A DNA stretch of 64,000 bases from Macrostomum lignano (lineage: Eukaryota). The stretch lies in contig NIVC01000928.1 in assembly GCA_002269645.1 (NCBI GenBank), positions 248,001-312,000 on the forward strand, given 5' to 3'. The notes under the pieces were generated by a model, which was not told the DNA's origin, made no database searches, and was given only the letters and a program-made list of their open reading frames with translations. The stretch's first letter is position 1. Every line of letters begins with the position of its first letter. The position numbers were made by a program, and so were the translations under genes. Shown one piece after another: positions 13,201 to 22,561 of the stretch.

Positions 13201-16200
13201 TGAGAGAGACTCGCGACACTCGATCGATCGATAATTTGGAGGCTCTCTGCGATTTGAAATATTCATGCTGCAGCCATTTCAGGCGATGCTTCTGCGGAGA
13301 GATTGAGGAACTTATCTGCTTTTTAGATAAACAGCTAGAGTGAAAAAGCAACAGGATTTCCTGAGCTGTGATGACTTCAATTCGATAGAATTTTTTGGTG
13401 CGTTCCTATTTCTGTAGCCTTGATTTGCTCGGACCCCAACTGGCCACTGCCAAATTGTTTCTGGGGAGAGGGAGTCTGGGGAGAGCTCCATCTTCCTCTT
13501 AATCAATCTCCATCACCCTCTCTCCCTCTCCTTCTCTCTTCCCCTCTCCCCCTCTCCCCCTCTCTCCCCTCTCTCCCTCTCCTTCTCTCTCCCCCTCTCC
13601 CCCTCTCCTTCTCTCCCCCCTCTCCCCCTCTCCCCCTCTCCCCCTCTCCCCCTCTCCTTCTCTCTCCTTCTCTCTCCCCCTCTCCCCCCTTTCCCTCTCC
13701 CCTCTCCTTCTCTCTCCTCCTCTCTCCCTCTCCCTTCTCCCTTTCTCTGCCTCTCTCCCCGTCTCTATTTTATTTTTTATTAGAGGCAGGGGGGTTGTGT
13801 GCACCCTGGCGCACTTTAAGCGACATAGGCACACAACCGGCGAGAGGCATTACTGCCCATTCCGCCGACTCCCCTGAGCAGGCAGACAAGCGCGCGGATA
13901 CGTACGCAGGCACACACTCACACAGGAGTGTACAGCGGCCCTAACTTTATATTATCGTTAGGCATGTACACTTCACTGCGCCTTGGGGGGGGGGGTTGGC
14001 TCTCAAGGCCGCTACTTGCACGAGCAGAGCCAAGCCGAGATTCCAATTCAGCCCCAAATTAATGTGACTGCACTTGGAATCGAGCCTGGGTCGCTGGCAC
14101 ACCAGAGCAGCTGCGCTACCGCTGGGCTACGGCCCCCCCTCCTCGTCTCTCTCTCCTCCTCCATCCTCCATCTCCCTCTACCTCTCCCTCTACCTCTACT
14201 TCTCTCTCCTCACTTTCTCCACTCTTTTCCTTTCATTTCATTCCCCACCCTCATCTCCCCAGGCACTTCAATCTCCCAGCTTCTTCCGCATCCACAAAAT
14301 CCGACCTCCATCTAATCTCATTCCCGCTTTTCCTCAAACGGCCGCACTTCTCTCCCACTCTCTTATCTCTGAGCCCCGCCAGCTCAACAAGATAAATCCT
14401 GAGCAGCCATGCCATGTAGGAATCTTTTTCTCAGCCCACGGCAGCTGTCAGAAAGTGAAGCCTCCACAGCCCTGTGCCGCCTGATATTTGCAGCACGGGA
14501 TGTTTTCATTGCTGCAACAGCTGGCGTCTTCTTCTCCCGCGCACTCTTTGACAGTTTGGCCGTGCGAAAAAGCACTTCACTTTAACTTTTTCGATATCCG
14601 ACTGCTGCGGACTGCCCGGGGACCTCGGCAAATGTCAAGCCGCTAGCTGTGTGCCTCAAAGCACGGCCCGCCTGTCTGCCCAGACAGACCCATTGTGTAT
14701 TAAATTCGAGGGACAAAAATTTGCACCTGTCATTTCGGATGCGAAGGCAATGGTGGGTGCTGCTTGATGGCGACGGCAAGTTTACTGTGCATTTTAAAAA
14801 AGTTTAGTATTTTTTTCGGTCAGGTAACAGAGTTACTGTGAAGCATGCAGACAGACAAAAATCCGGGTTCCAGACCTCATGGGGTCTGTCACAAAATCCC
14901 ACATTTAATTCTCATGCGTGCACCGCAGATCCAGATAACTGCTTCTTGTGCAAACCTCAACAGACCCCAGCAGACCACAGCAGACCCCAGAAGACACCAG
15001 CAGACCCCAGCAGATATCAGCAGACCCCAGCAGACATCAGCAGACCCCAACAGACCCCAATAGACCCAATAGCCCCCAGCAGACCCCAGCAGACCCTAAA
15101 AGACTCCAGCAGATCCTAGCAGACCCCAGCAGACCCCAACAGACCCCAACAGACCCCAGCAAACCTCAGCAGACCCAACAGACCCCAAAATACTCCAGTA
15201 GACCCCAGCAGACCCTAAAAGACTCCAGCAGATCCTAGCAGACCCCAACAGACCCCAACAGACCCCAACAGACCCCAGCAAACCTCAGCAGACCCAACAG
15301 ACCCCAAAATACTCCAGTAGACCCCAGCAGACCCCAGCAGACCCCAGCAGACCCCAACAGACCCCAACAGACCCCAGAAGACCCCAACAGACCCCAGCCA
15401 GACCCCAACAGACCCCAGCAGGCCTTAGCAGACCCAAACAGACCCCAGCAGGCTTTAGCAGACCCAAACAGACCCAGCAGACCCCAACAGACCCCAACAG
15501 ACCCCAACAGACCCCAGCAGACCCCAACAGACCCCAGCAGGCCTTAGCAGACCCAAACGGACCCCAGCAGGCTTTAGCAGACCCAAACAGACCCAGCAGA
15601 CCCCAACAGACCCCAACAGACCCCAACAGACCCCAGCAGACCCCAGCAGACCCAGCAGGCCTTAGCAGACCCAAACAGACTCCAACAGACCCCAGCAGAC
15701 CCCAGCAGACCCCAACAGACCCCAGCAGACCCCAGCAGACCCCAGCCAGCAGACCTCAGCAGACCCAGCAGACCTCAGCAGACCCAACAGACCCCAGCAG
15801 ACCCCAAACAGACTCCAGCAGACCCCAAACAGACCCCAGCAGACCCCAGCAGACCCCAAACAGACCCCAGCAGACCCCAGCAGACCCCAACAGACCCCAG
15901 CAGACCCCAGCCAGCAGACCCCAGCAGACCCAGCGGGTCTGTGAAATTTGCTAGCAGGAAATCTGCTAGCCGAAGTTTGCTAGCGAGAAATTTGCTTGCC
16001 GAAATCTGCTAGCCGAAGTTTGCTAGCCGAAATGTGCTAGCCGAAATCTGCTAGCCGAAATGTGCTAGCCGAAATCTGCTAGCCGAAATCTGCTAGCTGA
16101 AGTTTGCCAGCCGAAATCTGCTAGCCGAAATCTGCTAGCGGAAATCTGCTAGCCGAAGTTTGCTAGCAGGAATTTTGCTAGCGATAATCTAACCAAAACC

Positions 16201-18198
16201 GGCGAACAGCAATTTACGAAGTTGTAATTTGCTAGAGATATTTTTTCTTGTCCAATTTCGCAAGAAACTTTGCAGGACTTATCATGCAGGACAAATAAAT
16301 TTGCGTTTTTCGCTCTAATGACTCTCTTTGTCGTGCTTATTAGCAGTGATCTGCAAATTGCAATATATAATAATAATTGCAGCCTGCATTGTTGTATCGT
16401 AATATAATGCAATTAGAAATTACTAAATCAGAAATTTCTTTGTAGCTAGCACTCGTACGACAAGAATCTGAATGTAATTTGTATACAAAATGTGCTTGTT
16501 AATTTTATTCTTCAAGTTTGTTGGCTCTGTTGTTTTGTTTGCCCGCTCTCGGTAGTCAGAGTAAATTAAGAAGGCAATCTGTTGTGGGGACGACTTAATC
16601 TGGACGACTTAATCTGGACGACTTAATCTGGACGGCTTAATCTGCCACCTAGCCTTCGCCGTGGGTTCTCGTACATGTACGTGTTAAAACGCAATCAGTA
16701 GATGACGTCATAGACAAAAAGAAAATAAGATTTAGGTTTTAACGTAGGTGGGTTGAAAAGTTCATATACAAGCTATTGAATAAAGAAAATATATAACATC
16801 CATGATCACAGGGTAAGAGCTTGTGGGCCACACCTGCATAGAGTTTTTGCTTGTACACAGTGCCGTAAGCGATGGAAAATATCTATACATTAACAATACA
16901 TATAGCTATAGTAAATTGTACCTTGGACATACATGTATCTAGCTATAGATACTGTACACCAACATGTGTGTTACTGTATGCTAAAGTACTGTATATGCAA
17001 AACTGCACTTGGAAATCGTCAAAATCATTTATAATTTTTTGTCCTTTTTTACTTGTAGACATTTGATAATGTTTTAGCATTATCAGCTGTAAGGCCGTAG
17101 TTCAGGTAGCTCAGGCAGCTGTAGTTCAGGTAGTTAATTTTAAACTTATCTATACACACAACTTTCAGTCTTAATGGCTGGTAGTGGCAGTATATGCATG
17201 GTATATAAGTTATATATTTACTCGTACGAATCAAAGTAGCTCAAATCGGAATCAAAACACAGCAAATAACATGCAACAGCTACGAGAGCAAGGCAGCTAG
17301 CAAAATCCTTGCTAGCAAAATTCCTGCTAGCAGATTTCGGTTAGCAAAATCCTCGCTAGCAAAATTCCTGCTAGCAAACTTCGGCTAGCAGATTTCGGCT
17401 AGCAAACTTCGGCTAGCAGATTTCGGCAAGCAAATTTCTCGCTAGCAAACTTCGGCTAGCAGATTTCCTGCTAGCAAATCTCGTACTCCCGACCCAGCAG
17501 ACCTCAGCAGACCCAACAGACCCCAGCAGACCCCAAACAGACCCCAGCAGACCCCAGCCAGCAGACCCCAGCAGACCCAGCAGACCTCAGCAGACCCAAC
17601 AGACCCCAGCAGACCCCAAACAGACCCCAGCAGACCCCAGCCAGCAGACCCCAGCAGACCCCAGCCAGCAGACCCCAGCAGACCCAGCAGACCTCAGCAG
17701 ACCCAACAGACCCCAGCAGACCCCAAACAGACCCCAGCAGACCCCAGCCAGCAGACCCCAGCAGACCCAGCAGACCTCAGCAGACCCAACAGACCCCAGC
17801 AGACCCCAGCCAGCAGACCCCAGCAGACCCAGCAGACCTCAGCAGACCCAACAGACCCCAGCAGACCCCAAACAGACCCCAGCAGACCCCAAACAGACCC
17901 CAGCAGACCCCAGCCAGCAGACCCCAGCAGACCCAGCAGACCCCAGCAGACCCCAAACAGACCCCAGCAGACCCCAGCCAGCAGACCCCAGCAGACCCAG
18001 CAGACCTCAGCAGACCCAACAGACCCCAAACAGACCCTAGCAGACCCCAGCAGATCCCAGCCAGCAGACCCCCAGCTCACCATCCTGATCGTAGTGACTC
18101 CACACCTCTGCAAACTGAGTGGCGGTGAAGTTCTTCAGCTTCTTGGTGCCCTGGTCCCGGAACTGACTGAGGAAGTTCTTCTGCTTGCCGTGGCTCAT
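1213..18198 (-). CDS. Cbp53E: Calbindin-32/calretinin-family EF-hand Ca2+-binding protein, 3'-partial; exons 18081-18198, 11548-11633, 10793-10882, 10615-10701, 7522-7578, 5877-5954, 1213-1268
   Basis: Spliced translation [56 protein letters not shown]...[72 protein letters not shown]...[30 protein letters not shown]. Four EF-hand loops and hallmark motifs ([25 protein letters not shown]) match Drosophila calbindin-32 as recalled. All exon phases are compatible. Confidence 0.95.
1600..5655. repeat. 10-bp satellite (GAGGYAGRGT)n, ~4 kb, intronic
   Basis: Direct reading; 9-bp variants at ~3060-3320 and ~4960-5600. Confidence 0.98.
6002..7410. repeat. 42-bp minisatellite (GAGTGGAATGGATTGCTAATCTAGCCAATGTTAAAGATTACA), ~33 copies
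   Basis: Direct reading. Confidence 0.97.
7960..8400. repeat. 50-bp G-rich minisatellite, ~9 copies
   Basis: GTGAGGGGCCGTGATTGGGGTAAGGGGTAAGAGGGGTAGAGGGGCAGAGA unit. Confidence 0.95.
8985..9430. repeat. (GGGAAGAGAG)n polypurine repeat
   Basis: Direct reading. Confidence 0.95.
10128..10610. repeat. 22-bp minisatellite (CCCAAGCATAACACCTCGAACA) starting at the splice donor
   Basis: Direct reading. Confidence 0.95.
11055..11420. repeat. 78-bp minisatellite with internal palindromes, ~4.5 copies
   Basis: Period 78 (11210 vs 11288); contains AACCCCGGGGTT. Confidence 0.92.
12495..13060. repeat. (GATTA)n-based pentanucleotide satellite
   Basis: Direct reading. Confidence 0.95.
13768..14139 (-). 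mobile_element. tRNA-derived SINE, copy 1
   Basis: Reverse complement of 42884-43244 at high identity; A-box/B-box head and A-rich tail. Confidence 0.88.
14960..18075. repeat. (CAGACCCCAG/CAA)n ~10-bp satellite, split by the TIR element (14960-15934 and 17491-18075)
   Basis: Direct reading. Confidence 0.95.
15935..17490. mobile_element. Non-autonomous foldback-like DNA transposon with long TIRs made of 15-bp subrepeats
   Basis: GGG...CCC termini; about 90 bp of near-perfect inverted identity (ATTTGCTAGCAGGAAATCTGCTAGCCGAAG...) extending into ~200 bp of GCTAGC subrepeats; 8-bp direct repeat GACCCAGC at 15927-15934 and 17491-17498; no transposase ORF. Confidence 0.88.
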
Positions 18199-18699
18199 GC
18201 TGTAAAATTTGTCTGGGGTTGCTCTAAGAGAAAGAATTCGCTACAAGTGGAGCGGCAAAGGTTGCGGACACTCTCGAACTGCTGTTCAAACAAATCCTAG
18301 TGATTGGGATATTCGGGATCCGTGTTGCAGAGCTGGGACTGAAAGCAGAGAGCCAAGCAGCCGCCAGCTCCCTGGCATATCACCCCCTGCTCACGCCCTC
18401 CCCCATCCTCCGCGCCTCAGCCACACTCTGCAGTGCATTGGGGAGCGCCGCCCTGATCCAATCAGGTGTGGCAGAAAGTTGCTGCTAGCGGATCAGAGCA
18501 GGGTGCGCAGTTCATTATTTGGTCAGGAATGCACAGCTGACCCCAACAGAGCTCAAAATGCGTTTGAGTCTGCCTTCATCTGGGGTTGCTGGGAATTTGT
18601 ATTGACTCTGGTGATTGCAGTGAATATTGGATAATTGAATATTCCGACTAACGGAATGTACTCTCGTAGATGTATATCGTGTAGGCTGGCTTTGCTGTA

Positions 18700-19450
18700 C
18701 GAGTCTGTATTAGTCTGTACGAGAGACTGTAATGATGCTGTATTAGTCTGTACGAGAGACTGTAATGATGCTGTATTAGTCTGTACGAGAGACTGTAATG
18801 ATGCTGTATTAGTCTGTACGAGAGACTGTAATGATGCTGTATTAGTCTGTACGAGAGACTGTAATGATGCTGTATTAGTCTGTACGAGAGACTGTAATGA
18901 TGCTGTATTAGTCTGTACGAGAGACTGTAATGACGCTGTATTAGTTTGTACGAGAGACTGTAATGATGCTGTATTAGTCTGTACGAGAGACTGTAATGAT
19001 GCTGTATTAGTCTGTACGAGAGACTGTAATGATGCTGTATTAGTCTGTACGAGAGACTGTAATGATGCTGTATTAGTCTGTACAAGAGTATGTAATGATG
19101 CTGTATTAGTCTGTACGAGAGACTGTAATGATGCTGTATTAGTCTGTACGAGAGACTGTAATGATGCTGTATTACGATAGTCTGTAATGATGCTGTATTA
19201 GTCTGTTCGAGAGTCTGTAATGATGCTGTATTAGTCTGTACGAGAGTCTGTAATGATGCTATATTAGTCTGTACGAGAGTCTGTAATGATGCTGTATTAG
19301 TCTGCACGAGAGTCTGTAATGATGCTATATTAGTCTGTACGAGAGTCTGTAATGATGCTATATTAGTCTGCACGAGAGTCTGTAATGATGCTATATTAGT
19401 CTACAAGATAGTCTGTAATGATGCTGTATTCGTCTGTACGAGAGTCTGTT
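18700..19450. repeat. 33-bp minisatellite (TGTAATGATGCTGTATTAGTCTGTACGAGAGAC)
   Basis: Direct reading; upstream of the calbindin ATG exon. Confidence 0.95.
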
Positions 19451-19872
19451 TGAGTTTATATGAGACTGTGTGGGTCTGTATGAATCTAAGCTAGAGTCTG
19501 TGCGAGTCTGTGTGAGCCTTGTGATCTGTAATAGAGTATTTGAGAGCCTGCAATACGAAAGACATGCACTTAATCATGATAAACAACATTAAATATTGAA
19601 TTATGATTTCTTAGGACCCATTAGAGTACCGTGCCAATTACAAACAAATAGCGCCTACCTGACGAAAATTGTGAAATTGAAGATGTTCGTCTAAAAGAAG
19701 ATTTAAACAAAAATGGGCAGAAAAATAGGAGAGGACATTTGTTGAGAGCATTGCGGCTCTCGCGGCTCTTCCCACGAGGCGAACAAACAAATCACTGACT
19801 ATAATGAATAGCTGAGTTCTTGAGAGCGCGCGGACTTCAATAATACAGACTTAATCCTTTTTGTTTCAAGCG

Positions 19873-19878
19873 TTTATT
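19873..19878 (-). promoter_or_regulatory. Candidate polyadenylation signal (AATAAA) of the WSC gene
   Basis: About 130 nt after the stop codon. Confidence 0.45.
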
Positions 19879-20006
19879 CTCGAATGTCTGGAGTGAAAAA
19901 ATAAACCTGTAAAAACAGTCTCAGTTATACTACTATAGAAATGTGCAGTAGTAGTTTAGTTCGAATGAAAGTGCCTAATATTGTTGAAAGAAAGTATCGA
20001 TAAAGT

Positions 20007-21174
20007 CTAAGTGATTTTGTAGACATTGTTGTGCATCGGGCCGCCGCACGTGATCTCTGGCTGACCGTTGCACGGCAGTGAGCAATCGGAGTTCGGCAGC
20101 TTCTCACCGTGATTGCCGTGGCTCTGGCCGCACCAGCAGGCGTTGCCGCCCTGCAGGCCAAGAAATTTGGTGTCCCAGGCTACGCAGGTTTTCAAACAGG
20201 CTGCCAGAGTCATCTCGGTGCTGCGCTTTCCCATGATCGGCAGGTCGCGGGCGTGGGGCCGGTCCGGATAGCAACCGACCAGCTCGGTGTTGTGGGTCTT
20301 GACCTTTTTGAAGAACTTCTTGATTCCTGTAAGAGGGAGTTTATACACCTTTTAACGGTCTTTTGAGGGTGTTTGACTGGGGTTGGCGGAGTGGGGTGGG
20401 GTGCCGGAGTTTATGAGGGTGTTTGACTGGGGTTGGCGGAGTGGGGTGGGGTGCCGGAGTTTATGAGGGTGTTTGACTGGGGTTGGCGGAGTGGGGTGGG
20501 GTGCCGGAGTTTATGAGGGTGTTTGACTGGGGTTGGCGGAGTGGGGTGGGGTGCCGGAGTTTATGAGGGTGTTTGACTGGGGTTGGCGGAGTGGGGTGGG
20601 GGTGCCGGAGTTTATGAGGATGTCTGACAGGGATTGGCGGATGGGGTGGGGGTGCCGGAGTTTATGAGGGTGTCTGACTGGGATTGGCAGAGTGGGGTGG
20701 GGTGTATGAGCTAGGGTGTTTTACTGGGATTGGTGGAGTGGGATGGTGTATGAGCTAGGGTGTTTTACTGGGATTGGCGGAGTGGGGTGGGGTGCATGAG
20801 CTAGGGTGTTTTACTTTGGATTGGCGGAGTGGGGTGGGGTGTATGAGCTAGGGTGTTTTACTTGGATTGGCGGAGTGGGGTGGGGTGTATGAGCTAGGGT
20901 GTTTTACTACTGAGATTGGCGGAGTGGGTTGGGTGCCGGATTTTTTAGGGTGTTTGTTTGATGTTTGGCGGAAGGGAGCCACAGTTCTTGAGTCATTGAT
21001 CCTTTTTCAAACTCACGAGCTAAATGTACATGTATAGCTACTTAATAATCACAGCGCAGCTTCGTAAAACTTACTTTTAGGGCAGCAATCGACGTTAGTG
21101 ATTAGCTGGCAGAACACTGCACAGAGCAAGCAAATCTTGGCGAATGTTTTCAATGAACCTAATTGCGATCGCAT
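20007..21174 (-). CDS. Secreted single WSC-domain protein (139 aa); exons 21075-21174 and 20007-20326
   Basis: Exon 1 MRSQLGSLKTFAKICLLCAVFCQLITNVDCCPK (signal-peptide-like, donor gtaagt, phase 1) joins exon 2 (ttacag). Exon 2 has the 8-Cys WSC pattern GCY..CLKTC..LGLQGGNACWCG..DCSLPCNG..TCGG..NNVY, then a stop. Confidence 0.9.
20360..20940. repeat. ~42-bp G-rich minisatellite filling the WSC gene intron
   Basis: GAGGGTGTTTGACTGGGGTTGGCGGAGTGGGGTGGGG... units. Confidence 0.93.
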
Positions 21175-21724
21175 TTTGATTGCCGCAAATTTTATCCGCA
21201 AGTGACAGTAGGTGCAGCGATGTACATCATTTACAAAGAAGGTATACCTACTATAGAAAGTGCAAGTAAGCTCTAATAGCTGGCAAGTTTCTATTTTGTG
21301 TATCAAACCACAAATTAAATAAAAAATCGTCTATGGCGTAATCAACTTTGGTTTCAATTGAACAAGTGAATACATACCGAATAAAAAACTCTGATTCGAG
21401 CTATTTTATCTACCTCAAGTAGACAGTTCAGGTTCATCGGATATAATTTTTTCAAATAACTTTTCAAGTCGTAACAAAAAAATTCAGATTGTGGTTAACC
21501 AAAATATGATCTCCAGCAATGCTGCCGTTATGCAAAACGAAAAACCCACTGCAGAAAATGTTACGCAACTTTATTCTGTGTATTTTGCTGTTCTCAGATC
21601 AAGCGCAATAACTGGAATAAAAAATAGACGAACACAATTATCTATAGGGGCTTCCAGCTACAACAGGTTGGGAAATTCGGTGCAAGCGATCGAACTGCGC
21701 TACTTACAGTAGTTTTGTGAGGTG

Positions 21725-21730
21725 TTTATT
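21725..21730 (-). promoter_or_regulatory. Candidate polyadenylation signal (AATAAA) of the nesprin gene
   Basis: About 625 nt after the KASH stop; a second AATAAA at 21570-21575. Confidence 0.35.
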
Positions 21731-22353
21731 GTTTAAATTCCTAATAGAATAAATAACACAAATAACGGAAACACTGCAGCAGCAAAGAGAAAACTGAGGC
21801 TAAAGATGAGCCGAATGATTTTACAGAGGCGTGGCAGACACAAAAATGAATGAGAAATTCACGCGGTACACAAATTTACCAGAAATTTGCTGTACATAAA
21901 TACACACTTTGAAGTACTGTTCTATATTCTTACTGTTACTTCTGTACACGTACATGCTATGCTAATTATAACTCACGCTAAAGTACATGGAAAAATATAA
22001 AATTTATGCACATGAATTCTCATTTTTAGCAGTGTCTTAGAAATGGAATTTCAAGGTAAATATGGATAGATTTTGTCGATTGGAAATGGATTGAAATTTA
22101 ACAAGCGCAAACAGATGATATTAAAGGGCAATAATATAATAAGTACTTTTGGCCGCTAATAATTTCCACTGAAGGCTGCTCATGTTTTGCTAGTTTCAGA
22201 TTCTTCTGCTTATTTCATACTTAGGAATATTTCAAAACTTGACTATATTAATATTTACGCGACATGCAAAGTGCTTTGTCTCTTGCAAAAAAGTGCATCG
22301 AGTCCTTATTTGAATTGTAACAGATGCGGACGGACAGATAGACTGTGACCTGT

Positions 22354-22561
22354 TCAATACGGCAGGCCCTGCGATTTAACGCTGAACATGTTGGGCCACT
22401 CGGAGCAGTCGGTCTCGCAGCCGGGCTTCAATAAATAGCCAATGCCGCACAGCAGGAGGAAGAATGCCTCAATAGGGAGGCTGAGCAGCATGCCGCGGTA
22501 CAGGGTGTTCAGTAGGCTGCCACGACGGCGACCGACTCCGCTAGAGGAAGCGACCCGCAAT
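22354..22561 (-). CDS. Terminal nesprin exon: basic patch, transmembrane helix and KASH-like luminal peptide
   Basis: RRRGSLLNTLYRGMLLSLPIEAFFLLLCGIGYLLKPGCETDCSEWPNMFSVKSQGLPY*. Acceptor ccgcag, phase 2, matching exon 23182-23306. Confidence 0.85.

Noticed and set aside
18635-19373. Cys- or His-rich repeat ORFs (VCTRDCNDAVL / LIQHHYSLSYR)
   Set aside because: Both strands of a 33-bp minisatellite, with no unique coding flanks or splice support.
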